From Candidatus Thorarchaeota archaeon (GTDB lineage Archaea; Asgardarchaeota; Thorarchaeia; Thorarchaeales; Thorarchaeaceae): a stretch of DNA of 64,000 nucleotides. Where the stretch lies: assembly GCA_020348985.1 (NCBI GenBank), contig CP070761.1, positions 1,317,647 to 1,381,646 on the forward strand. The letters are read 5' to 3'. Of this stretch, positions 19,546-29,888 are shown piece by piece (position 1 is the stretch's first letter; each line of letters opens with the position of its first letter). Under the pieces are notes generated by a model. The model saw only the letters and a list, made by a program, of their open reading frames with translations, was not told the origin of the DNA and did not search any database. The translations under genes were made by a program, and so were the position numbers.

Positions 19546-21249
19546 TCATGGCGGGGTAATCTTTGTAATGATGAGCTCCTGTTTCGTCAATTCCATGTCC
19601 CCATTCGCTCCTTTGCGAACCACGATGTTATAGTAGCCGTCATCTTCCGGGTCTGCATCCACTCTATAGTGTGCGCCTCTGCTCCCCTTTCTGATTAGAG
19701 CAGCCTCAGCTACCATTCGAGCTGTAGTGACCATGTGACCGAATTCAATTGCCTGATGCCAGCCAGGGTTGAATCGCTTCTCAGCAACGTCTACCTTGAT
19801 CTTAGGGACTACTTCATTCTCGATACGTCTGAGTTCCTTGACAGCAAAGGCCATCTCTTCTTCCTTACGGAATATCTGCACTTTAGTCCACATTAGATCG
19901 GTGAGCTCCTTTCTGGCGTCTGCTGGTGAGATTCCTTTCTCACGCTTCAACATAGCTTCTAGTTTCAGGAATTCTTTCATTGCTTTTTCTTTTGGCAGTC
20001 CAGTCATTTCATGCTCCTTGGCAAATTTCGCTGCACTCTCTCCAGACAATGCGCCAAATACCTGAGTATCTGCCAACGCGTTCCCACCCAGCCTATTGCC
20101 GCCATGAACACCGCCTGTGCACTCACCCGCCGCGAAGAGGCCAGGTATGTTTGTTCCGGCTTCCTCGTCTATCTTGATACCACCCATAAAATGGTGACAG
20201 GTCGGGGATACTTGCATTGGTTCATCACGAATGTCAACGCCTGCATCTTCGAATTGCTCAATCATGCTCTCTAGTCGAAACTCGATTATTGATCTGGGCA
20301 GGTGAGAGATGCTGAGGTAGACTCCGCCATCTGGCGATCCACGGCCCTCACGGACTTCGGTCATTATGGAACGTGCAACTTGGTCACGACCAGCCAGCTC
20401 CATGACTCCCGGATAGTATCTGTGCATGAAGCGTTCGCCCTCGCTGTTGAGAAGTATTCCGCCCTCGCCTCTGACAGCCTCTGTTACTAGTCTGCCGCGT
20501 GCGGATTCCGGTTTCACCATTCCTGTGGGATGGAATTGAACCATTTCCATGTCAATGAGGTCACAACCAGCCTCGTAGGCCATCGCATATCCATCACCGA
20601 CGTCAAGCTGCGCATTGCTTGTAACCGTGTAGACACGGCCTGCACCACCAGTGGCCATTACAACCGCCTTGGCCCGGAAGATCATGTAGTCGCCGTACTT
20701 CAGATCGATTGCTGTCACACCTGCAATCCTACCATCATGAAGCAGAAGCTTGGTGGCAAATATCTCATCGTAGACTCTAACTGCGCTCTTTCTGACGGCC
20801 TCTACGAGAGTAACCATGATTTCGGATCCTGTTCTATCAGAAGCATAGGCAGTTCTGCGCCAGCTTTGCTTTCCGAAAGGCCTCTGTGCAATCTTGCCTT
20901 CAGGCGTCCGATCAAATACTGCGCCCATCTCTTCAAGATCGAAGACTCTTTCCGAAGCATCTCGGACGAGTATTTCCGCAAGTGCCTGATCATTGAGATA
21001 GTTTCCGCCTACTATCGTGTCCTTGAAATGAGTTTCCGGATTGTCGTCCGGATCGACATTTCCAAGTGATACGTTGTATCCCCCTTCGGCCATGGCCGTG
21101 TGCGCCTTGCCCAGAAGTTCCTTACTTAGCATGATTACATCGAGATTGTATTTTGTGGCTTCGATTGCTGCTCTACAACCAGCACCGCCGGCACCTACGA
21201 CCAATACATCACACAGGATAGTTCGGTATGGGAGTTCCTCCAAGTGCAA
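19546..21249 (-). CDS. tfrA: Thiol:fumarate reductase flavoprotein subunit A
   Basis: GAGGAG, AHTAMAEGG, QFHPT, HHFMGG, HGGNRLGGN; adjacent to tfrB, no membrane-anchor genes. Confidence 0.92.
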   Translation of the reverse strand: MHLEELPYRTILCDVLVVGAGGAGCRAAIEATKYNLDVIMLSKELLGKAHTAMAEGGYNVSLGNVDPDDNPETHFKDTIVGGNYLNDQALAEILVRDASERVFDLEEMGAVFDRTPEGKIAQRPFGKQSWRRTAYASDRTGSEIMVTLVEAVRKSAVRVYDEIFATKLLLHDGRIAGVTAIDLKYGDYMIFRAKAVVMATGGAGRVYTVTSNAQLDVGDGYAMAYEAGCDLIDMEMVQFHPTGMVKPESARGRLVTEAVRGEGGILLNSEGERFMHRYYPGVMELAGRDQVARSIMTEVREGRGSPDGGVYLSISHLPRSIIEFRLESMIEQFEDAGVDIRDEPMQVSPTCHHFMGGIKIDEEAGTNIPGLFAAGECTGGVHGGNRLGGNALADTQVFGALSGESAAKFAKEHEMTGLPKEKAMKEFLKLEAMLKREKGISPADARKELTDLMWTKVQIFRKEEEMAFAVKELRRIENEVVPKIKVDVAEKRFNPGWHQAIEFGHMVTTARMVAEAALIRKGSRGAHYRVDADPEDDGYYNIVVRKGANGDMELTKQELIITKITPP

Positions 21250-21485
21250 TCCTCCGGGGAGATTTCATTCCTCTGATGTTCGGGTCGGGCTTAGTGTGCC
21301 ATATTATACTTACTGTTCGAGGTCAGCGATTTTAGCACAAGATGTAGACTTTGAGAAACTAGTGAGAACGAAGTATCGAAGCAGGAAACATGTTTGGCGC
21401 CATTCTGAAGTGCTGAAATCTACCTCAACCGATGAACTAATAGCGCCAGTTATGGCTATTCTACAAAATAAGCTGGGGGTTGAAG

Positions 21486-21587
21486 ATGGAGTTAGAAAAC
21501 ACCCTGCTTGTGCTGGCAATCGTAGTGCTGGTGCTCATGATCGCCTATGGAGTAACTATACCGTTTTTGCATACTCTTGGAGGGTAG
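21486..21587 (+). CDS. Small single-pass membrane peptide (33 aa), below the ORF-track cutoff
   Basis: MELENTLLVLAIVVLVLMIAYGVTIPFLHTLGG*, preceded by G-rich GGGGGTTGA; lies in an otherwise empty 400-bp gap. Confidence 0.55.
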   Translation: MELENTLLVLAIVVLVLMIAYGVTIPFLHTLGG

Positions 21588-21653
21588 GCGAGCAAGGCAG
21601 TAAATACACTGAAGCAGGGCAGCTGAGTGGGTCTACAGTCAGCATTCTATTTC

Positions 21654-22262
21654 CTACTCTTTGATGCCAATTATCGAATAGACCTCTGCTTTCCGGGAGG
21701 CTACTTTCTCATCCATTTCATCATGAAGACTGCTGCCATGGCTATCCATTGTGACAAGAAGTGGACCGAATTTCTCAGCGGTAATTACCCAGAGTGCTTC
21801 AGGCATTCCCAAATCTTGCCATTCATAGGCGCGCACCTCTTTCAGTCCCTTCGCTGCGAGAGCTCCACACCCTCCGGTGAAACTGCAGTAGACGGCACCC
21901 ACTTGCTTCAATGCATCAAGCGTCTTTTCAGCCATTCCACCTTTGCCGATGATGATTCTTGCCTTGTATTTTCGTAGGAACTCGTCCTCGAAGAGCTCCA
22001 TCCTTATGCTTGTAGTTGGTCCCGCAGACACTATCTTCCATTTGCCATCTTTCTGCCAAGCGACAGGGCCAACATGATACACGACACTGCCTTCAAAGTC
22101 TACAGGAGGTTTTTCCCCTTTCTCAAACATCTCTAGTGCTCGCTGGTGTGCCTCGTCTCGTGCAGTATACACATGTTCTCCCGACACATACACCACATCA
22201 CCGACTTTCAGCTTGCGAGCATCTTCCTCCGAGATTGGCGTTGTAAAGTGGTACTCCGTCAT
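21654..22262 (-). CDS. Fe-S (class I) fumarate hydratase, beta subunit
   Basis: TARDEAH, GPTTSIRM, IGKGGM, DLGMPEA. Confidence 0.93.
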   Translation of the reverse strand: MTEYHFTTPISEEDARKLKVGDVVYVSGEHVYTARDEAHQRALEMFEKGEKPPVDFEGSVVYHVGPVAWQKDGKWKIVSAGPTTSIRMELFEDEFLRKYKARIIIGKGGMAEKTLDALKQVGAVYCSFTGGCGALAAKGLKEVRAYEWQDLGMPEALWVITAEKFGPLLVTMDSHGSSLHDEMDEKVASRKAEVYSIIGIKE

Positions 22263-22263
22263 T

Positions 22264-23151
22264 CTATGCCACCTCCGATGGATGAGTAACATAAGTTACA
22301 TCCAGGTTGCTTGAAATCACAGCTGTGCTCCTTCTCGCAGCCCAGCACTGCACAGCCACTCCAACAGGAAGACTTGCTGGATGTCGCATCGCATAGTCAA
22401 CTTTCACTCCAAGAACTGTCGTCTTCCCGCCAAGACCCATGGGACCAATGCCTGTAGCATTGATAGCCTTCATTAATTCCTCCTCAATCTGAGCAACTTC
22501 AGGTTCAGGATGTCGATCTTCAAGCGGCCGAAGAAGCTGTTGCTTGGCGATCTTTATCGCAATGTCTATGCCGCCGCCAATTCCAACACCAATTATGTTT
22601 GGAGAACAGGCCTTTCCCATATAGCTCATAGCATTGTCGACAACGAGTTTCTTGACCCCCGTGAGGCCGACACCGGGTTTGAGCATACCAACGATACTAA
22701 CATTCTCACTGCCGCCGCCCTTCGGAAAGACAGTAATCTCAAGAGAATCACCAGGCACAACTTCCCAGTTGATCCAGGGTATGAATCGGCCTGTGTTATC
22801 ACCTGAGTTGCCACCAACGATAGGATTGACAGCATTTGGTCTGAGCGGAGTCTGTTCAGTGGCCTTTCGTGTGGCTTTCAAGAGCGCGTCTCTAATCTCT
22901 CCAAGAAACGGGAATCTTTCACCAACTTTCGTGTAGAATGATATGATGCCTGTGTCTTGACACATGGGAATTCCAGTTGACGCAATCTCGATATTTGTAA
23001 GAATAGCCTCCATCTGAGTCTTTGCGGTGCTTTCAGTTTCTCGATCGTAGGCTTTCTTGATTGCATCTTCGACGTCTTTCGGGAGTTTCGCTGTTGATTC
23101 TTTCAGAAGACGATATGCTGTGTCGTGAATTACTTGACTTGGATCCTTCAT
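22264..23151 (-). CDS. Fe-S (class I) fumarate hydratase, alpha subunit
   Basis: PMCQDTG, KGGGSEN, GIGPMGLGG, HPASLPV..QCWAAR. Confidence 0.93.
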   Translation of the reverse strand: MKDPSQVIHDTAYRLLKESTAKLPKDVEDAIKKAYDRETESTAKTQMEAILTNIEIASTGIPMCQDTGIISFYTKVGERFPFLGEIRDALLKATRKATEQTPLRPNAVNPIVGGNSGDNTGRFIPWINWEVVPGDSLEITVFPKGGGSENVSIVGMLKPGVGLTGVKKLVVDNAMSYMGKACSPNIIGVGIGGGIDIAIKIAKQQLLRPLEDRHPEPEVAQIEEELMKAINATGIGPMGLGGKTTVLGVKVDYAMRHPASLPVGVAVQCWAARRSTAVISSNLDVTYVTHPSEVA

Positions 23152-23308
23152 GATTGAGCTGCATCCTGTGATTTGGTGATTAATGGAAGGAGCAATCTGC
23201 TCTTTTCGGGCTGGCTGCGCAGACCTCCTCTTAATCTGTCTTCCTATGCTTCAGGTCAATCTGGAGCACTATGTAGGACAGCAGCCTAAATACCCAAGCT
23301 CATATTAA

Positions 23309-23827
23309 TTGCTGAAGTCAGAGGAGAGGCTCTTGCGGCTATTCGATTCGCTAACGTTGTCGGTCATATCATTCTCAGTAGGCATCATACTCCTGCTCAT
23401 CTACAGTTTGTACGATGTGCGAAACCGGTCAGTTCCAAACATGGTTTCATACGTTGGAATTGTGCTTGTCATGGGACTGGTGTTAGTTGACGGCCAGCTT
23501 CTTTCGGAAATCGAACTTCATGTGACCGCCATACTGTTTTCACTAGTGCTTTCGTACGTCTTGTATAGAATGGGAGCCGTAGGTGGAGCTGATGTGAAAG
23601 CCCTGGTTGCTCTGGCAATAGTGAGTCCTGGAGCCGCCTTCGTAGTCTGGGAAAACCCGTTTCTTGAAGCAGTAATCAACATGGGAATAGTCACAGGTTT
23701 GATGTTGCTATTTGGGTTTCTCTACTGGAGATTGGCAATAGATTCTGACAACTGGAATACGAAGCCCCCTCTAATTCCATTCCTTCTGTTATCCTTCATA
23801 ATCATCCAGTGCATCTTTCTTGTATGA
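23309..23827 (+). CDS. A24-family prepilin/prearchaellin peptidase
   Basis: YDVRNRSVPN and GGADVK catalytic Asp motifs, PLIPF, multiple TM helices. Confidence 0.88.
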   Translation: MLKSEERLLRLFDSLTLSVISFSVGIILLLIYSLYDVRNRSVPNMVSYVGIVLVMGLVLVDGQLLSEIELHVTAILFSLVLSYVLYRMGAVGGADVKALVALAIVSPGAAFVVWENPFLEAVINMGIVTGLMLLFGFLYWRLAIDSDNWNTKPPLIPFLLLSFIIIQCIFLV

Positions 23828-23832
23828 GTTGC

Positions 23833-24180
23833 TCAAGAAAGGGTCCCAAGAATGGATTCTGGAAGAGTGAAGGCGAATATCAATGTCCAGAGAAGGACCC
23901 ATAGTAGCAGGTAAGAAGGTAAAGAGTTTGTAATCAGTTTCTGCTGTCCACCCATGACCTCTGGATCAACCTCTAAGAGATAGACGATGACAAAGAGTGA
24001 AAGAATGTAGAGTAGCACACCAAACATTAGTCCTCGAAGTCCAGAAAAGACAGGACCTGCCAAGCCACAGACAACCGCAGAGATTATTGCGAAAGTGATC
24101 TTGACATAATAGGTCTGGTCTTTGGGTTCGTTTGCCCACCTACCGTAGAGCCGCTGGAAGATGTTCTGAAGTGACTCCAT
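23833..24180 (-). CDS. EMC6/Rab5ip-like three-TM membrane protein
   Basis: YYVK...ISAVVCGL...GLRGLMF...SYLLLWVLLWTL matches the EMC6 pattern. Confidence 0.7.
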   Translation of the reverse strand: MESLQNIFQRLYGRWANEPKDQTYYVKITFAIISAVVCGLAGPVFSGLRGLMFGVLLYILSLFVIVYLLEVDPEVMGGQQKLITNSLPSYLLLWVLLWTLIFAFTLPESILGTLS

Positions 24181-24255
24181 TCTCTATCACCAAGTGGCTT
24201 GGACCCTCGTCAATCGACCATGTTAAAAAGTCCTCGGTCTGATGGGAAGAACAGC

Positions 24256-26271
24256 ATGAAGGAAACAATGAGCAACATCGACATCCGGATGATTCTTCCG
24301 GAGCTCAAGTTGGCTACTGAAGGGGCTTTCATCAAGAATGTCTATCAGTATGGAGACGTCTTTGTACTGAAGCTCTACCAGCCTGCTGGAGGTACATCCC
24401 AATTACTCATCCAGCCAGGCCGCCGTATCCATCTGACTGAGTTTCGTCGTGCTGCTCCTAGAATCCCACCAAAGTTCTGTACAGTCCTGCGCAAGTACCT
24501 TCGCGACAGGCGCATCGTTTCAGTTGAACAGCATGATTTGGATCGGATACTAGTTATCGAAGTGGGGGGAGAGGAGAGTTCGTACAAGCTTGTAGCAGAA
24601 CTTTTTGGCAACGGGAATCTACTCCTTCTAGACCCTGAAGATTCTATCTTCATTGCCATGAAGTACAGGAAGATGAGAGACCGTGACGTTGTTCCGAAGG
24701 CAACGTATCTCTTTCCGCCTCCAAGAGGCGAGGATATCTTCGGACGCCCAGAGGGCTCAGTTGAGGCGATTCTGTCGGATTCAAACGCCAATGTGGTCAG
24801 GACTCTTGCCAGTCGGCTCAATCTTGATTCGCTCAGTTGTGAGGAAATATGTGCGTTGTCCGGCGTGGAGCCTACTATGAAGGTAACAGAGATAGAGGAT
24901 CAAACTCGAAGAGACCTTGAGATGGGTCTGGATCTATTCATTGAAAAACTACGAACGGGTGTCAATGCGCCGTTGGTTGTTCTAGAGGATGCAGAAGAGG
25001 ACGAAGAAGAGAGAACTCAGATTGCATTCTTACCGTTTCAATTTGAAGTCTATAGCGGCAACGACTCTGATATCTTTGAGACATTCAGCCAGGCAATTGA
25101 CGATTTCTTCGGAGTGTCAGTGGCTGAGGAAGAGGATGAGAAACTGGATGCAGTGACTAAAGAGACACAAAGGCTTCAACGAATTGTCGATAAACAACAA
25201 GAGAGCATATCACGACTTGAGGAGAAGACTGAGAAACTGAAGACTGAAGGTGAACTGATCTATGTTCATTTTCAGATCGTTCAGGACGTACTAGATACGA
25301 TTCGTGATGCTAGAGCACGGGGTTTGCCTTGGACTAGGATTCTCGAGACCGTGGAAGATGGAAAAGAGAAAGGCAATCAAACCGCACTTCTAATCCAGAG
25401 AATAGTCCCGTCGCAGGGTCAGGTAATCGTAAGACTTGGGGATATGGATGTAAACCTAGATATCAGGCTCAGTGCACAAGACAACGCCTCGTTGGCCTAT
25501 GAGAACTCAAAGAAAGCGAAACGCAAGGCAGAAGGAGCGCGAAAGCAAATAGAGAAGACTCGAATCAAGCTTCAAAGCATTGTCATCGATGAAGTGGAAA
25601 CAGATGATGAGCGTAGACCCATGAAGATTAGAAAGAGGCGATGGTATGAGAAGTTTCGATGGTTCATTTCATCCGAAGGCCTCCTTGTCTTGGGTGGCCG
25701 AGATGCTAAAAGTAACGAGAGGCTAGCAAAACGACACCTTGGCGCCAATGATGTGTTCTTACATGCATCGCTTCATGGAGCACCGTACGTAGTTGTTAAG
25801 GTTCAGGACAATCCGCCGAGCAATCAAACCCTCGAAGAGGCTGCACAGTTTGCAGTCACATTCTCTCGGGCTTGGCAGGATGGTGTATCCAGTGGAGACG
25901 CATATTGGGTTACGCCAGAGCAGGTGAGCTTCACTCCACCGACAGGTGAGTTCCTCCCAGCAGGCTCTGTTATGATCTATGGGACAAAGAACTACATACG
26001 GCGTGTCCCGATTGAAGTCTCAGTGGGACTGATAATAGACGAGGGCAACGCGATTCCGATGTCAGGCCCGCCCTCTGCGGTCTCAGCACAGACTGAGTTT
26101 CACGTGGGTATCAGGCCTGGGGACACAAAGAAGGGACAATTGGTTAAGGAGATCGTTAGCCACTTCCGAAGACTAGTACCAGATGATGCAAGGCATCTCA
26201 TTGCCGAAATCCCTCAAGAGGATTTTATGAGAGTACTTCCTTCAGGCGGCGGTAAGCTGATAAATCCCTAG
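24256..26271 (+). CDS. rqcH: Ribosome quality control protein RqcH/NEMF
   Basis: MSNIDI, LRKYL, DRI, ELFGNGN, WYEKFRWF, GGRDA (NFACT-N and NFACT-R domains). Confidence 0.95.
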   Translation: MKETMSNIDIRMILPELKLATEGAFIKNVYQYGDVFVLKLYQPAGGTSQLLIQPGRRIHLTEFRRAAPRIPPKFCTVLRKYLRDRRIVSVEQHDLDRILVIEVGGEESSYKLVAELFGNGNLLLLDPEDSIFIAMKYRKMRDRDVVPKATYLFPPPRGEDIFGRPEGSVEAILSDSNANVVRTLASRLNLDSLSCEEICALSGVEPTMKVTEIEDQTRRDLEMGLDLFIEKLRTGVNAPLVVLEDAEEDEEERTQIAFLPFQFEVYSGNDSDIFETFSQAIDDFFGVSVAEEEDEKLDAVTKETQRLQRIVDKQQESISRLEEKTEKLKTEGELIYVHFQIVQDVLDTIRDARARGLPWTRILETVEDGKEKGNQTALLIQRIVPSQGQVIVRLGDMDVNLDIRLSAQDNASLAYENSKKAKRKAEGARKQIEKTRIKLQSIVIDEVETDDERRPMKIRKRRWYEKFRWFISSEGLLVLGGRDAKSNERLAKRHLGANDVFLHASLHGAPYVVVKVQDNPPSNQTLEEAAQFAVTFSRAWQDGVSSGDAYWVTPEQVSFTPPTGEFLPAGSVMIYGTKNYIRRVPIEVSVGLIIDEGNAIPMSGPPSAVSAQTEFHVGIRPGDTKKGQLVKEIVSHFRRLVPDDARHLIAEIPQEDFMRVLPSGGGKLINP

Positions 26272-26423
26272 CCCGTTCGTCAGCTTCAAGTGACACGACT
26301 TAACGGAGCCCTATCCAATACTAACGAGACTCGACAAGTTTAAAACAAAGGTCAAGACGGGGGAGCCGACAGAACCACTTGAACAAGTGTTTCTGACTGA
26401 TTTCGTAGGGCTTGTGGTTGAAT

Positions 26424-26990
26424 ATGGCTGAAAACTCTCATTCAATGATTGTGAAGGACATTATGACCGTAAATGTAGTCACTATGCCGCCTGATGCCAC
26501 CGTGCTTGAAGTCGCTCAGGCAATGACTGAGATGGATATTGGCTCGATCGTTATTGTTGAGAGTCAGAAACCGATTGGGATTATTACGGAATCAGACATA
26601 GTCCGTAGAGTCACAGCGGAGCGAAAAGATGCAAGTCTGACAAGTGCCAAGGAGATAATGAGCACTCCACTTGTCCATGTAACTCCCAATACAGCTCTTA
26701 CGGAAGCAATGCGAGTTATGGCGCGAAGTGGTATAAGAAGAGTTGCCGTTCTGAAGAAGGACTCTCTGGCAGGGATTATCACATCAAGGGATCTCCTTCA
26801 ATGGTCTCCTGAACTCATAGACATTCTTGTGGAGTCCCTTCGGCTGAAAGATAGTGAGAATGCCGCACAAGGAGAGGAGCTGGAAGACGAGCTGTCTGAG
26901 CTTGGTGGAGTATGTGACAGCTGTGGAGAGTACTCTACGGAACTTGAACTCGAAGACGGCAGGTATTTGTGTGAGGCCTGCCGGGAATAG
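26424..26990 (+). CDS. CBS-pair protein with C-terminal zinc ribbon
   Basis: Two CBS domains, then CDSC...CEAC. Confidence 0.92.
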   Translation: MAENSHSMIVKDIMTVNVVTMPPDATVLEVAQAMTEMDIGSIVIVESQKPIGIITESDIVRRVTAERKDASLTSAKEIMSTPLVHVTPNTALTEAMRVMARSGIRRVAVLKKDSLAGIITSRDLLQWSPELIDILVESLRLKDSENAAQGEELEDELSELGGVCDSCGEYSTELELEDGRYLCEACRE

Positions 26991-27052
26991 CCGGTAGGGA
27001 ATCTTTCATTATTGGGTTGTGACTAGTAGTAATCAGTCATGGAGGAATATCA

Positions 27053-27868
27053 TTGAAAGTGAGTGCAATAATGGTAGAACCGGTTACCATCGACAAAGAC
27101 CAGAGGTTATCAAATGCCCTGGATATTCTTGACAAGAAGAAAGTCGACCGGCTGATTGTTACTAGAAATGGTAAGGTGCAGGGAATCATTACCTATGCTG
27201 ACATAGCAGACAGGCTAGGTGTGAGCAAAGTTGTAGCGGTTTCAATTAAGAGATTGCATGTTTCGAGTGCAATGACTGACACTGTGATCACTGTCTCAGC
27301 TGATGATGTTGTTGTTGATGTTGCTAAACTCATGATTGAGCGTGGAATGAGTGGTTGTCCAGTTGTTGATGAGGAGGGCAAGCTGATTGGGGTGATCACA
27401 AAGAGAGAAACCACGGAGCTTGTCAAGAAATTTGATAATGTCAAGGTCGAGGATTTGATGACGTCAGCTGACATCTTGCAGGTTAACCCTGTTGAACGCC
27501 TGGTCAAGGCCAGAATGGAGATGCTCACTGCGGGATATTCAGGATTGCCGGTCACCGATGCTGGACGGGTACTTGGCTTGCTGACTGAGAAGATGGTAGC
27601 GGAAGCCATGGCACGGTTCAGCGAAGAAGTCCCAGACAAATATAGAGCCAGCCAAGTACGACAGATTCGCGTCGTTGATGCGATGATGAGGGGACCTCCG
27701 CTGGCGTCTCCAGATATGTCTCTTTCAGAGGCAGCCACGCTGATGCTTGACGCCAACTTGAACACAATCCCGGTAGTAGGTTCCGGGAACAAACTAATGG
27801 GAATGATCAGCGCGACGGACTTTACTCGTTTCGTTGCAAACAGATTCAAACTGACAGAGGAAGAGTGA
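27053..27868 (+). CDS. Four-CBS-domain protein
   Basis: Four CBS repeats (GIIT..D, PVVD, LPV, IPVV); GGAGG RBS before TTG. Confidence 0.92.
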   Translation: MKVSAIMVEPVTIDKDQRLSNALDILDKKKVDRLIVTRNGKVQGIITYADIADRLGVSKVVAVSIKRLHVSSAMTDTVITVSADDVVVDVAKLMIERGMSGCPVVDEEGKLIGVITKRETTELVKKFDNVKVEDLMTSADILQVNPVERLVKARMEMLTAGYSGLPVTDAGRVLGLLTEKMVAEAMARFSEEVPDKYRASQVRQIRVVDAMMRGPPLASPDMSLSEAATLMLDANLNTIPVVGSGNKLMGMISATDFTRFVANRFKLTEEE

Positions 27869-27910
27869 ATCCGGCATATGGAGCCTCTTCTCTAGAGGGG
27901 CTGAAATCAA

Positions 27911-29221
27911 ATGACAATCGATCTCCTGCTCGCGAACGGATTTGTGATTCTGGAGGGCAGAGAGGTCGTCCGTTCGGTTGGAATTGATGCTGGCAGGATT
28001 GAAGGGATTTACGAGTCGGGAGCCAAACCCAAATCGGCTGAATCGATAGACTGCGCGCAGAAGTACATACTTCCGGGCACAATAGATACACATGTGCATC
28101 TGAGAGACCTGAATCTAGAGTACAAGGAAGATTTCCTAACTGGCACAATGGCTGCAGCAGCTGGTGGCGTGACGACCGTCGTGGATATGCCAAATTCAGA
28201 CCCACCAACTTTGACGAGGTCGACGTTAGACAAGAAGATTAGTGAGGCAGAGGAAAAGCGATACGTAAACATTGGATTCTTCGCCGGAATTCAATGGGGA
28301 AAACAAGGATTCGATGTGAGCTTAAGCCACGATATCTTGGGCGTGAAGGTGTATCCACATTCGCCTCTGAAAGAGGAAGTCTCCTACACGCCGTCCAGAA
28401 TAAGAGAATGCATGAAAATCTCAGTTGAGCACGACCTTCCCATACTTATTCATCCAGATTCATCTGATGCCAAGAAGAAGCCTGCAGATGCCGACGAGTT
28501 CTTTCAGCAGCATAGTTGTGAGAGTGAGGTAGAAAGCCTGAGACGGTTCCTACTGGGACAGAGTGTTGTTGGCGGACGACTACATGTTTGTCATGTGAGC
28601 TGCGCGACGACAGTTCGAACGATTGAAGAAAACAGAGCGGAAATGAGTCTCACTGCAGAAGTGTGCCCCCATCACATGTTCCTATCAAGTGGAGAATTCA
28701 CACACAACGACGGAAGAGCGAAAGCGCTACCCCCATTACGTTCGCCTTATGATGCCTCGATTCTACGAAATGCCTTGAAAATGTGTACCATCGACATTGT
28801 GGTTTCAGATCATGCTCCACACACTGTTGAAGAGAAAAAACTGCCATTCATGGAAGCCCCGTCGGGAATCGCTGGCCTTGAGACAACTGTCCCAATCCTG
28901 TTGACAGAAGTTTTTGAAGGCAGAATGTCGTGGGTCGAATATCTGCGATGTTGCTGCTCTGGACCAGCCCGGGTGTTTGGCATTGCCAACAAGGGTGTGT
29001 TGAGCAAGGGATTCGATGCGGACATTACTGTCGTTAGTCGAGAAGAGTATTCTCTATCTAGCAATTCATTCTTGTCAAAAGCCAAGATGACTCCATTTGA
29101 GGGCAGAAGAGTCCAGGCCAAGCCGGTCCTTACTATCGTTGGAGGAGAAGTCGTCTACGACAATGGAAAAATCGTGATGGCCCGGGGAACAGCGGGTCGA
29201 GTACCTGTGCGAAAGACATAA
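27911..29221 (+). CDS. pyrC: Dihydroorotase (amidohydrolase superfamily)
   Basis: DTHVHLR, DMPN, HVCHVS, EVCPHH, PPLR, SDHAPH. Confidence 0.88.
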   Translation: MTIDLLLANGFVILEGREVVRSVGIDAGRIEGIYESGAKPKSAESIDCAQKYILPGTIDTHVHLRDLNLEYKEDFLTGTMAAAAGGVTTVVDMPNSDPPTLTRSTLDKKISEAEEKRYVNIGFFAGIQWGKQGFDVSLSHDILGVKVYPHSPLKEEVSYTPSRIRECMKISVEHDLPILIHPDSSDAKKKPADADEFFQQHSCESEVESLRRFLLGQSVVGGRLHVCHVSCATTVRTIEENRAEMSLTAEVCPHHMFLSSGEFTHNDGRAKALPPLRSPYDASILRNALKMCTIDIVVSDHAPHTVEEKKLPFMEAPSGIAGLETTVPILLTEVFEGRMSWVEYLRCCCSGPARVFGIANKGVLSKGFDADITVVSREEYSLSSNSFLSKAKMTPFEGRRVQAKPVLTIVGGEVVYDNGKIVMARGTAGRVPVRKT

Positions 29222-29258
29222 CCGCTTACCTTCTGTCTGTTTGTTAGGTTAATACCGC

Positions 29259-29888
29259 TTGTCTCACGAATACTCTGATGAAGAAGGAATCCTCCTGGTA
29301 AAGCTGGCTAGAGACGCTGTGGAGAACTTCGTAAAGACTGGTGTCAAGATAGATGTTCCACAGGATATCTCGATGAAGCTTAAAGAGATGTCAGGAGTAT
29401 TTGTGACACTGAACAGCGTTAACGCAGATGGGGTCTCCCTCAGAGGTTGTATAGGTCGTCCATATCCTAATCAACCACTTGTCGAGGCGACAGTAGATTC
29501 TGCTCTTGATGCTGCAGTTAATGATCCGAGATTTCCTCCCGTTACAGGAAAGGAGCTTGACGCAATCTTGGTTGACCTGAGTGTTCTTACACCTCCAAAG
29601 AAGATTGAATATTCAAATCCTGAAGAGCTCCTGTCTCTCGTTAAGATCGGTCGTGACGGGCTCATTGTCTCAAAAGGAAAAGCAAGGGGGCTCCTACTTC
29701 CTCAGGTACCGGTGGACTGGGGATGGAGTGTACAGGAGTTCTTGGAGCACACATGTAACAAGGCTTGGCTTCCCAAGGATGCTTGGAGAGATCCGGACAC
29801 TGAATTCATGTCTTTCCAGGCCGAAATCTTCGGAGAAGAGAGTCCTGGAGGTAACATAATCAGAAATCCAAAGCATCCAAGGTGCTAG
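29259..29888 (+). CDS. AMMECR1-domain protein
   Basis: GVFVTL, LRGCIG, DPRF, GLLLPQV. Confidence 0.95.
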   Translation: MSHEYSDEEGILLVKLARDAVENFVKTGVKIDVPQDISMKLKEMSGVFVTLNSVNADGVSLRGCIGRPYPNQPLVEATVDSALDAAVNDPRFPPVTGKELDAILVDLSVLTPPKKIEYSNPEELLSLVKIGRDGLIVSKGKARGLLLPQVPVDWGWSVQEFLEHTCNKAWLPKDAWRDPDTEFMSFQAEIFGEESPGGNIIRNPKHPRC

